Assembly (NCBI RefSeq): GCF_009914755.1
Contig: NC_060926.1
Reading direction: 5' to 3' (one strand)
DNA: 64,000 nucleotides
Source of the DNA: the human T2T-CHM13v2.0 reference genome, Homo sapiens
In this document: positions 39,318 through 51,732 of the stretch, piece by piece
How the letters are laid out: the number at the start of each line of letters is the position of its first letter
Position numbering within the stretch: the stretch's first letter is position 1
Notes under the pieces: model-generated
The model's database searches: none
What the model was told of the DNA's origin: nothing
Seen by the model: only the letters and a program-made list of their open reading frames with translations
Made by a program: the position numbers and the translations under genes

Positions 39318-41110
39318 AATTTGACCCTTGGACAACTCAAAAATTAGGGGCACCAATCCCACCTTCCCCAAAGTTGAAAACCCACTTATAGCTTTTGAGT
39401 CCCTAAAACCTTGACTACTGTTAGGCTACTGTTGATAGGAAGCCTTACCAATAATATAAATAGTCCACTGAGAAATATTTTGTGTTATACATATTATATG
39501 CTGTATTCTTACATAAAGTAGGCTAGAAAAAATGTGGTATTAAGAAAATCATTAGGAAGAGAAATGTATTTACTACTTAGTAAGTGGAAATAGATCATCA
39601 TAAAGGTCTTCATCCTCATCATCGTTATGTTGAGTAGGCTGAAGAGGAGAAGAAAGAGGTTGGTCTTGCTCTCTCAGGGGTGGCAGAGGTGGAAGAGATG
39701 GAGGAGGTGAAAGGGGGGGCAGGGGAGGCAGGCACACTCGATGTAACTTTACAGAAATGCATCGTAATTTCCGTCTAAATTTATTACCTTTTCATTTCTC
39801 TCAAAATGTTTTTATATGGTACCAATCCTTCCACTGTTTGCTTTAGTTTCATTCCCAATAACATAGAAGGGTCCATGTTGTAAAAGAAGCCAAAGCCAAA
39901 AGCTGTCTTGAATAGTCTGAACCCTCTGCCATATTGCCCAGTGTCAATTTATTTTCTGCACTGCTTCCCCTACAGCCTCTCCCTCACTGTCTGGCACTGG
40001 TTTGGAAGCACTCATATTCATCAAGTCATCTTGTGTTAGTTTCTCTGCTGTGGTGGCTTTTAGCTCTTGGGTTTTTCCAAGATCCATACCTTGAAACCCT
40101 TCACCCTTTACCTTGTTCACCACATCTACAATCTCATTCATGATATCCTTGATTGGCTCTGTGGTAAATCCTGTGAAGTCATGTGCAGCATCCACACACA
40201 CTTTTCTCCAGCAGGAATGTGTTGTTTCAGGCTTGATAGTTTTCATGGCTTTCTAAGTAACAAAAATGGCCTCTTCAGTGGTGTAATCTTTTCAGACTTT
40301 TATGACTAGTTGTTTCTATTGGGGTTCTCCTCCATAGCGTTGGCAATCCTTTCCACAGAATACCGTGTTTCATGAGCCTTAAAGGTCCTTATGACACCCT
40401 GATCTAAAGGTTGAATTAGAGACATTGTGTTTAGAGGCAAATAGGCCACTTTGACACCACCAGGGTTGAACTTAAGGGGTTCTGGGTAACTGGGGGCATT
40501 GTCCCATATCAAACAATCTTTAAAGTACCTTACTGGCAAGGTATTTACTTTCTGATTTCAGGGACAAATTGTTGAAAGAACCGATCTAGAAATAAGTTTC
40601 TTGTTGACCAAGCCTTCTTGTTGTACAACCAAAGGACTGGCACCTGATGTTTATCTTTCCCCTTCAAGGATCAGGAGTTATAGATAAGGACATTTTCAAA
40701 AGCAGTAGACTTCCTGACTTAAGTCCTGGTGCTCATTTCTTTTCCTTATTAATAATTGTTTTTTTTTAATTTTTTCCCCTGAAATAAGTCCTTTTGCCTA
40801 CATTGAAAACCTGTTCAAGCAGATGTCCTTTCTCCTCAATGATTTTCTTAGTGGAGTCTGGGAACTTGCCTTCTGCCTCTTGGTTGGAAGAGGCTGATTC
40901 TCTTGTTATCATGAAAATTTTTAAGCCAAATCTCTTTCTAACTTTATCAAACTATCCTTTGCTGGCATTAATTTCTGCATCTTCCTTTTGCTTTAAGTTG
41001 TCATGCAATGACTTTTCTTTTTCTTGACTAAGATTATAATGTATAGATATGCCTTTCTTATAGCAATCCTGCACCTACATGAAACTTTGAGTTCAATATG
41101 AGATGAAAAG
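39318..41110 (-). mobile_element. Tigger2 DNA transposon, one terminus retained, internally deleted and truncated
   Basis: TA followed by TIR-like aatttgacccttggacaac at 39318, then Tigger2-type subterminal sequence and transposase fragments on the minus strand. Confidence 0.88.
39944..40539 (-). pseudogene. Disrupted Tigger/pogo (CENP-B-like DDE_1) transposase fragments
   Basis: ORF 40306..40539 reads DNAPSYP...YLPLNTMSLIQPLDQGVIRTFKAH, matching the family motifs DNAPxH and LPPNTTSxxQPxDQGxI. It continues in ORF 39944..40246 (CWRKVC...HDFTGF) and is broken by stops or frameshifts. Confidence 0.9.
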
Positions 41111-41114
41111 TTAA

Positions 41115-41445
41115 GATATATTTTTGTGTGTATATATGTATATAAATATGTGTGTGTATGTGTGTGTATATATACACTTATACATAAATATTTAAATTGA
41201 TTCATAATCACTGAATTTTTTCCCAAAATATCTTCTTTTGTTGAATCCTTGTTAGCTTGGGTTTCATCTTCATTAAGGCCATTTTCATTAAGAGTTTTAT
41301 CTTCCTTAAGGGTTTATCTTTCATATATAAAATACATTATACGTGTATACAAATATGTTTATAATGTACAAAATACATTATATATGTATATACATATATG
41401 TAGATAGAAAGCAAGAGAGAGAGAGACAAAGAAAGAGAGTGACAG
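41115..41445. repeat. (TA/TG)-rich and (GA)-rich low-complexity tracts
   Basis: Directly visible. Confidence 0.7.
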
Positions 41446-41689
41446 TACAGCAAGGGAGATTTTGTTGTGTTTCTGTGTAGAACCTTGAGCAATACAATAC
41501 TGGGGGATGGGGGTAGAAATAATTGGATTTTCCAAACTACAAGGCCTTGATTTCCATATTCTCTTTTATTTCTGCTTATAAACTGGTTCTTTCTTTAATT
41601 TGTCTGTTTTCAGCTACACCTTGCTAAATTCAGCTGCTAATAAAACAACATAATCAAGATGCAAATTCCTTCAAAAAAGTTTTACTAGA

Positions 41690-43420
41690 GCCACAGGATC
41701 TAAAAAGTAAAAAGACAAATTTCAAAGTGGAAAAAAACATTTTTAATATTTGCAACTGATGATAAAAAATTAAACAATTTTAGAAAGATTACTTCAAAGC
41801 AATAAGAAAAGCACAACATTCAACAGAACAATGGGCAGATATAAACAAGTATTTTACAGAACACAAAACACAAATAGGAAATAAACATATAGAAAGATAT
41901 CAAAGTGCTTAGTGGTCAAGAAAATGTAAGCCAAGAAAACAATGAAAAATAATTATATACTCATTCTTTTAGATAATTTTTTAAAAATCGGCACATGAAT
42001 TTTCACATCAGGACTCTGTAAAATGTAAAAATCTGCCAACAATCTTGAAGTGTATTCAAAGAAAATAGAAGAATGAGCTATAATAACTGTTACAGCAAAA
42101 TGGTTTAATAACAGTGATGTGGTTAATAATGGTAAATAACAATGATGTGGATGAAATTTAGAAATATAAATATAAGTAAATAAAGTAAATCCAAAAAGAT
42201 TGTAGAAACACTTTTTTTTGTAAAGTTTAAAACAACTAAGATAATGTATACAAAAATATTGGCATAATAAACCTAGATAAGAAAGCACACAAAGGAATGA
42301 TGAACATGGCGGGGGTAATGTGTGTTGTCTCCCATGGGGTTGTCATGGGAATGAGATGGAGAAACTAGACGGTGAAATGTAGGTTATGTTCAAGGCTCTG
42401 GCTTTTACTTCTTATGGCATGTTTGTGCATACATATTAAAATATACTAAATAAATAATTTGCTAAATAAATGATTCTGGTCCCTATTTGGGTTCATGTGT
42501 TTTTCATGAAACAAAATGATTAATCTAAAATCTAATTCTGTGCAGAATAGAACAAGTCCAGAAAGTAGAAAATAAGAAAGAAAGGAAAGGAGCTTGCAGG
42601 GGAGGAAAGAAGGAAGGAAGGGAAAGAATAAATTTTTTTTAGTAAACCAAGCAGAAAAATCAAGCTTCCTAAAAGTGGTGAAATTAGTCTTATCTCATAC
42701 TGTTCAGCAGCAACAGTCACTGCCAGAAATCTGCCAACTGATTTATTTCTACTAATTTTTTAGGGAAAGAAAAAGTGAGCCAAGATAATTTCATGCCCAG
42801 TTGGAAATTTTTTATTGTGAAAAGGAAACAAGAAGATATCCTCAAACATGAATATACCTAAGGAATGAAAACTCCATATGTTCTTTTAAAGTATATACAT
42901 ATATATGTATATATTTAATAAATAACTAACCCCTAAAAAGATAAGCAGAGATGCAATGGTAAAAAGAACGTGTGTTGTTCTTAGTGCAGCAGACAGTGGG
43001 GCACTTCTAATGAAATCCCAAGGGCAAGAAAGGGACCCAGTGCTCTCATATGCACCTAAGATGCCAGTCAGGTATAATGGCAGCATATGGACGAGAACTG
43101 TTTGGCCTTGATGAAGATGAAACCCAACCAAACAAGGAATCAACAAAAAAAAAAATGAAAAAAAGACATTTTGGAAAAAAATCAGTGATTATGAATCAAT
43201 TAAATTTAAAAATGTGAGCTATATTTAAAAATGTGAACAATTCTGGCTATAAGACTAAATGTAAATTTAATAAAATACAAACTAAATATAATTTTTAGAA
43301 TCAGGAAGTGGGAAGGGAGGAATGCAAGAGGGTAATTTCTTTCATTTACAATATTATATGATAAACTAATACCGTGTAGAATTGAAACAAAGATTTAAAT
43401 TGAAATATAATAGTGGCAAC
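41690..43420 (+). mobile_element. Highly diverged L1ME/HAL1-type fragments
   Basis: A-rich L1-like tracts, e.g. aacaatgggcagatataaacaagtattttacagaa...aataaacatatagaaagatatc resembling the ORF2 C-terminal region. Boundaries are uncertain. Confidence 0.5.
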
Positions 43421-45838
43421 TTCTGATTGTTTTATTGTTTTATTTATTTGTTTTATTTCTCTATCATTCAGAGTATTTTTAATTTTTAATTTTTTTTATT
43501 TCAATAGGTTTTTGGGGAACAGTTGGTGCTTGGTTACATGAATAAGTTCTTTAGTGGTAATTTCTGAGACTATGGTGCACCCATCAGCCGAGCAGTGTAC
43601 ACTGTATCCAATGTGTAGTCTTTTATTCCTGCCACCCCCAGCCCTTTCCCTTAAGTCCCCAAAATCCAATGTATTATTCCTATGCTTTTGCATCCTCATA
43701 GCTTAGCTCCCACATATGAGTGAGAACATACGATGTTTAGTTTTCCATTCCTGAGTTACTTCACTTAGAATAATAGTCTCCAATTCCATCCAGGTTGCTG
43801 CAAACACCATTATTTTGTTCCTTTTCATGGCTAAATGCTATTCCATTGTATGTGTATATATACCACGTGCTCTTCAACAACTCACTGATGGGTGGGCATT
43901 GGAGCTGGTTCCATAGTTTGGCAATTGCAAATTGTGCTGCTATAAACATACATGTATCTTTTTTATATAATGATTTATTTTTTATCTGGGTAGATACCAA
44001 GTATCTGTAGCGGGATTGCTGGATCAAACAGTGATCTACTTTCAGTTCTTTAAGGAATCTCCACACTGTTTTCTATAGTGGTTGTTCTAGTTAACATTCC
44101 CACCAACAATGCATATGTGTTCCCTTTTCACTACTTCCATGCCAACATCTATTTTTTTTTTCATTTTTGATTATGGCCATTCTTGCAATACTGAGGTGGT
44201 ATCCCATTGTGATTTTGACTTGCATTTCTCTGATAATTAGTGATGTTGAGCATTTTTCCATATGCTTTCTGGCCATTTGTATATCTTCTTTTGAGAATTG
44301 TCTATTCATGTCCTTAGCCCACTTTTTGATGGATTGTTTGCTTTTTCCTTGCTGATTTGTTTGAATTCTTTGTAGATTCTGAATATTACTCCTTTGTCAG
44401 ATGTGTAGATTGTGAAGATTTTCTCCCACTCTGTGGGTTGTCTGTTAACACTGCTGATTATTTCTTTTGCTGCGAAGAAGCTTTTTAGTTTAATTAAGTC
44501 CCATCTATTTATCTTTGATTTTGTTGCATTTGCTTTTGGGTTCTTGGTCATTAAGTTTTTGCCTAAGCCAATGTCTAGAAGGGTTTTCCTGATGTTATCG
44601 TCTAGAGCCTTTATGGTTCTATGTCTCAGATTTAAGTCCTTGATCCGCCTTGAGTTAATTTTTGTATAAGTGAGAGATGAGGATCCAAGTTCATTCTTCT
44701 ACATGGGCCTTCCCAATTATCCCAGCACCATTTGTTGAATAGGGTGTCATTTCCCCACTTTATGTTTTTGTTTGCTTTGTCAAAGATCAGTTGACTGTAA
44801 GTACTTGGCTTTATTTCTGGGTTCTGTATTCTGTTCCATGGGTCTATGTGCCTATATTTGTATCAGTACCATGCTTTTTTGGTGACCATGGCCTTATAGT
44901 AGAGTTTGAAGTCAGGTAGTGTGATGCCTCCAGATTTGTTCTTTTTGCCTAGTCTTGCTTTGGCTTTGTGGGCTCTTTTTTGATTCTGTATGAATTTTAG
45001 GATTTTTTTTTCCAGTTTTTTTTTGAATAATGATGGTGATATTTTGATGGAAATTGCATTGAATTTGTAGATTACTTTTTGCAGTGTGGTCATTTTCACA
45101 ATATTGATTCTACCCCTCCATGAGAATGGGATGTGTTTCCATTTGTTTGTGTCATCTGTGATTTATTTCAGCAGTATTTAGCAGTTTTCCTTTTAGAGGA
45201 CTTTCACATCCTTGGTTAGGTATGTTCCTAAGTATTTTATATTTTTTTGCAGCTATTGTAAAAGGGGTTGCATTCTTGATTTGATTCTCAACTTGGTTGC
45301 TGTTGGTGTATAGCAGAGCTACTGATTTGTGTACACTAATTTTGTGTCCTGAAACTTTGCTGAATTCATTTATCAGTTCCAGGTGCTTTTTGGATGAGTC
45401 TTTAGGGTTTTCTTGGTAGACGATCATATCATCAGCAGACAGTGACAGTTTGATTCGGATGCCCTTTATTTCTTTCTCTTGTTTGATTCTTCTGGCTAGG
45501 ACTTCCAGTACTGTGTTGAACGGAAGTGGTGAAAATGAGCATCCTTGTCTTGTTCCAGTTCTCAGAGGGAATACTTTCAGGTTTTCCTCATTCAGTATAA
45601 TGTTGGCTCTGGGTTTGTTGTAGATGGGTTTTATTACCTTAAGGTATGTCCCTTCTATGTCAATTTTGCTGAGGGTTTTAATCATAAAGCGATGCTGGAT
45701 TCTGTCAAATGCTTTTTCTGCATCTATTGAGATGCTCATGTGATTTTTGTTTTTAATTCTGTGTTTATGTGGTGTATCACATTTATTGACTTATATATAT
45801 TAAACCATTCCTGCATCCCTGCTATGAAACCCACGTGA

Positions 45839-46155
<317 letters not shown>

Positions 46156-46541
46156 AGTTGATTGCCTTTTTGATATTCTGTTGATTTCAGTTCTCTAATA
46201 TTAATATTTTGTTGAGGATTTTTTCAGTCTATGTTCACCAGGGATATTGGTCTGCACTTTTCTTTTTATGTTATGTCCTTCCCTAGTTTTGGTATTAGGG
46301 TAATACAGACTTCATGACATAATTTAGAGAGAAGGCCCTCTTTCTCTATCTTTTGGAATAGTGTTAATAGGATTGGTACCAATTCTTCTTTGAATGTCTA
46401 ATAGAGTTTAGCTATGAATCCGCCTGGTCCTGGACTTTGTTTTGTTTTGGCAATTTTTTTATTACCATTTCAATCTCATTGCTTGTTATTGGTATATTCA
46501 GAGATCTATATCTTCCTGGCTTAATCTAGGAGAATTGTATA

Positions 46542-46615
46542 TTTCCAGGAATTTATCTATCTCCTCTAGGCTTTCTAGTTTCCAGGAATTTATCTATCTC
46601 CTCTAGGCTTTCTAG
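46542..46615. repeat. Perfect 37-bp tandem duplication within L1 ORF2
   Basis: tttccaggaatttatctatctcctctaggctttctag at 46542-46578 and 46579-46615. Confidence 0.97.
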
Positions 46616-46641
46616 TTTATGTGCATAAAAGTGTTCATAGC

Positions 46642-46861
<220 letters not shown>

Positions 46862-48917
46862 GTTCATAGTAGCCTTGAAGAATTGTTTGTATTTCTGTGA
46901 TATCAGCTGTAATATCTCTCATATCATTTCTAATTGAGCTTATTTGGATCTTCCCTCTTGTTTTCTTGGTTAATCTTGCTAATGGTCTATCAATTATATC
47001 CATCGTTTCAAAAAACCAGCTTTTTGTTTCATTCATCTTTTGTATTTTTTTTTGTTTGCTTCTGTTTCATGTAATTCTGCTCTGATCTTCATTATTTATT
47101 TTCTTCTGCTGGGTTTGGATTTGGATTGTCTTGTTTTTCCAGTTCCGTGAGGTGTGACCTTAGATTCTATTTGTGCTCTTTCAGAATTTTTGGTGTAGAA
47201 ATGCTATTAACTTTCTTCTTAGCACAGCTTTTGCCATATCTCGGAGGTTTTAATAGGTTGTAACGCTGTTATTTTTCAGTTCAAATAATTTTTTAAATTT
47301 CCATCTTGATTTCATTGTTGATGCAATGATCATTCAGGAGCAGGTTTTTTAATTTCCATGTATTTGCATGGTTTTGAGGGTTCCTTTTGGAGTTGATTTA
47401 CAATTTTATTCCACTGTGGTCTGAGAGAGTGGTTGTTATAATTTTGATTTTCTTAAATTTACTGAGACTTGTTTTGTGGCCTATTATATGGTCTATCTTG
47501 GAGAATGTTCTGTATGTGGATGAATACAATGAATATTCTGCAGTTGTTGGGTAGAATGTTATATAAATATCTGTTAAGTCCATTTGTTATAGGGTATAGT
47601 TTAAGCCCACTGTTTCTTTGTTGACTTTCTGTCTTTATGACCTGTCAGGTACTGTCAATGGCAGTCCCCCACTATTACTGTGTTACTGTCTATCTCATTT
47701 CTTATAGAACTAAGAAAGTAGTAGTTGTTTTATAAATTTGGGATCTCCAGTGTTAGGTGCATATATATTTAGAATTGTGATATTGTCATGTTGGAATAGT
47801 CCTTTTTTCATTATATAATGTTGCTGTTTGTCTTTTTAAACTGCTGTTACTTTAAAGTTTGCTTTGTCTGATGCAAGACTAGCTATTCCTGCTTAATTTT
47901 GGTGTCCATTTGCATGGAATATCTTTTTCCACTCCTTTATCTTAAGTGTATGTGAATCCTTATGTGTTAGTCTCCCCAAAACAGCAGAAACTTGGTTAGT
48001 AATTTCTTATCCCTTCTGCCATTCTGTATCTTTTGAATGGAGCACTTAGGGCATTTACATACAATGTTAGTATTGAGATGTGAGGTACTATTCTATTCAT
48101 CATCCTATTTGTTGCCTAAATACCTTGATTTTTTTTATTGTGTTATTGTTATATATGTCCTGTGAGATTTATGTTTTAAGGAGGTTTATTTTGGTGTATT
48201 TCGAGGATTTGTTTCAAGATTTAGAGCCCCTTTTAGCAGTTCTTGTAGTGCTGGTTTGGTAGTGGTGAATTCTCTCACCATTTTTGTTAATCTGGAAAAG
48301 ACTGTATCTTTTTTTCATTTGTGAAGCTAGTTTTACTGGATACAAAATTCTTGGTTGATGATAATTGTTTTGTTTAAGGAGGCTAAAACTAAGACCCCTA
48401 ACCCTTCTAGCTTGTAGGGTTTCTGCTGAGAAATCTGCTGTTAATCTGATAGGTTTTCCTTTATACCTGATGCTTTTGCCTCACAGCTCTTAAGATTCTT
48501 TCCTTCATCTTGACGTTAGCTAACCTGATGACTATGTGCCTAGATGATGACTTTTTGTGATGAATTCCCCATATGTTCTTTGAGCTTCTTGTATTTGCAT
48601 GTCTAGATCTCTAGCAAGGCCAGGAAAGTTTTCCTTGATTATTCCCTCAAATATGTTTTGCAAACTTTTCGATTTCTCTTCTCCCTCAGGAACGCCAATT
48701 ATTCTTAGATTTGGATATTTAACATAGTCCCAAACTTCTTGGAGGCTTTGTTCATTTCTTAAATTATTTTATTATATCTTTGATGGATTGGGTTAATTCA
48801 AAAGCTTTGTCATCCAGCTCTGAAGTTGTTTCTTCTGCTTGTTTGATTCTATTGCTGACACTTTCCAGTGTGTTTTGCATTTCTCTTAAGTGTATCCTTG
48901 ATTTCTAGAAGTTGTGA

Positions 48918-49416
48918 TGTTATAAATAAATTTTGGTGCCACAAAAGAAATAGTACTAGAATATATATATATTTTAATTTTTAGCAAGGCAAGGTAATTT
49001 TACAGAACAGTGTGCCCTTATAGATAGAGCAAGGGTGAGCACACACTTGGACAAGGGAGGGGAAGGGGTTCTTATCCCTGATGAACGTGGCCTCTGTTGC
49101 TCTGTTGTGTTTTTATTGGCTAGGGTTAGACTGCACAGGCTAAACTAATTTTGTTTGGCTAATTTAAAGAGAGTGATGGGGTGAGTGGTTTGGCGGGAAA
49201 AATGGTTATGACAGAGCAGATAATTGGAAGGAGTCTTGGTGGAGTGGGTAATAGGAATGAGTTAGGGTGGAGTAGGTAATCAGAATGAGTCAGTGTGCAG
49301 CAGGTAATCAAAAAAGTTTGCTTTATGAGGAAGTTCAGTTTAAAAGTAGAAGGCAAATAATTGAACATACTGACGTATTGATTTTTTGAAACGAAATTTA
49401 GAACTAGTATCTAACA
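48918..49416 (-). mobile_element. ERV1 solo LTR, LTR10F-like (HERV-I/HERVIP10 group), inserted in L1 ORF1
   Basis: TGTTA...TAACA inverted termini, perfect 5-bp TSD tgtga (48913-48917 and 49417-49421), and an internal 28-bp repeat carrying an AP-1-like motif. Confidence 0.88.
49215..49309. repeat. 28-bp degenerate tandem repeat (3 copies plus a partial) within the LTR; one intact AP-1 site TGAGTCA at 49286-49292
   Basis: agcagataattggaaggagtcttggtgg / agtgggtaataggaatgagttagggtgg / agtaggtaatcagaatgagtcagtgtgc / agcaggtaatc. Confidence 0.9.
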
Positions 49417-49437
49417 TGTGATTACTTTTTATTTATG

Positions 49438-49692
49438 CTATCTATTCCACTGAAGAATTTTTCTTTCATATCCTGTATCATTTTTTTTTTTTATTTTTTT
49501 AAGTTGGACTTCCTCTTTCTCTGGTTCCACCTTGATTAGCTTAATAATCAACCTTCTGAATTCTTTTTCTGGCAATTCAGAGATTTTTTCTGCATTTGGA
49601 TCTATTGTTAGTGAGCTGGTATGATATTTTGGTGGTGTTAAAGGACCTTGTTTTATCGTATTACCAGAATTGTTTTTCTGGTTCTTTCTCAT
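49438..49692 (-). pseudogene. L1 ORF1 N-terminal fragment
   Basis: MRKNQKNNSGN...TPPKYHTSS...ELPEKEFRRLIIKLIK resembles the L1PB ORF1p start; frameshifted and split by the LTR. Confidence 0.85.
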
Positions 49693-51117
49693 TTGGGTAG
49701 AGTATGTCAGAGGAAAGATCTGGGACTCAAGGGCTGCTGCTCAGGTTCTTTTGTCCCACAGGGTGCTCCCTTGGTGTGGTGTTCTCCCCTTTCCCTTAGG
49801 AATGGGGCTTCCTGAGAGCCAAACTGTAGTGATTGCTTTCGCTCCTCTGGGTCTAGCCACCCAGCTGAGCTACTGGGATCCAGGCTTGTACTGTGGAGTG
49901 TCTGCAAAGTGTCCTGTGATGTGATCCATCTTCAGGTCTTGTAGCCGTGGATATCAGCACCTGCTCTGGTGGAGGTAGCAGGGGAGTGAAGTGGACTCTC
50001 TGAGGGTTATTGGTTATGTATTTGTTTGTTTAGTACACTGCCTTTGTGTTGGTTGGCCTCCAGCCAGGAGGTGGCGCTTTCAAGAGTACATCAGGTGCTG
50101 TCCTATAGGGAAGATGCAGACTTGCCCTAGGGCAAGTATTCAGGTTTCCCAGGAGTGGGCAGGGCCGTAGAGATCCCAGGAGATTATGATCTTTGTCTTT
50201 GGCTACCAGGGCAGGCAGAGAAAGACCACCAGGTGGGGGCAGAAATAGGGTGTCTGAGCTCAGTCTCTCCTTGTGTGGGGCTTGCTGTGGCTGCTGTGGG
50301 GGGATGGCGATGTCGTTCCCAGTCCAGTGGAATTATGTTCCCGGGGGATTATGGCTGCCTCTGCTGAGTCATAAATGTTGCCAGGGAAGTAGAGGAAAGC
50401 CAGCAGTCACAGGCCTCACCCCACTCCCATGCAGCCTGCATTCTTAAAGGTCAGTCTCACTCCCACTGTGCCACCCCAACAGCATTGAGTGTATTTGCAG
50501 GAAGCTGGTGGCCAGGGCTGAGAACTTGCCCCAGACTATGAGCCACTGCATTGAGAAAGCAAGCAGACTTGCAGTTTTTCAGTGTCTCAGGGAGCCTGCA
50601 GCAGCGATCCAGTTCCCTCAAAGGGTATGTGGATTCTCTCAACTTTCCTAGTATATTCCTGCAGTAGTTCTTGCAGCAAAAGTTCATGGTGGGTCTCCAC
50701 ATGCTGCTCTGTCCATCCCAGTAAGAGCTGCAAGCTAGTCCCGACTCCCATCTGCCATCTTAATATGTTTTTTTCCTTTGATTGTTTTAATTAATCAAAT
50801 TTATTAAATGTAAAGTCTTTTGGGGGAAAACAAATGTTTAGAAAATGTAAAAGTCAGAGTGTTTTTAGTTTTTTTAAAAAATTTCTCTTACATTGGAAGT
50901 TAATTTCAGTAATTTTCATTAAAATAATACAGCATGATCCCATTTTCATAAAATTGTTTTATTCTGTATGTCAGTTTATCTACTGTCTGTTTGCTTATCT
51001 AATCTCATAGCTTGATGAACGAACAGGCATGGGCAAGACTTGTAAACTCACCTACTGGACCAAATTTATCTACAGATGGTAATTGTTTGTCCCACACAAT
51101 GCTCTGGATGTTTTGCT

Positions 51118-51246
51118 TTGTTTTTTGAGACAGAGTCTTGCTCTTTTGCCCAGGCTGGAGTGCAGTGACATGATCTTGGCTCACTGCAACCTCGCCTTCC
51201 AGGTTCAAACGATTCTCCTGTCTCAGCCTCCAGAATAGCTGGGACT
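51118..51246 (-). mobile_element. Alu right-arm-only insertion (heavily 5'-truncated AluS)
   Basis: ttttttgagacagagtcttgctc...tagctgggact. Flanking 11-bp TSD gatgtttt(g/t)ct at 51107-51117 and 51247-51257. Confidence 0.9.
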
Positions 51247-51428
51247 GATGTTTTTCTAACTTAAATCCCAATGCATTTAGTCAAGGTCTACCATTTCTGC
51301 TTCTTCACAGCCACTTTGTCGCTGCTTGACTTGCACCCAGCTACTTCCATATTTACTTCACCTTATTGGGCCCTGAAGTAATACGACTCTGTTACCACTG
51401 CAAGGAACAGTGTTTAAAGACTGGTCTC

Positions 51429-51732
<304 letters not shown>

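Noticed and set aside
43465-43490. Target-site duplication for the full-length L1PB
   Set aside because: Only a weak AT-rich match to the sequence after 50762, so it cannot be called.
45152-45739. 195-aa reverse transcriptase ORF as a functional or novel RT
   Set aside because: It is a fragment of L1PB ORF2 with an altered catalytic motif (SADD), a deletion and flanking frameshifts.
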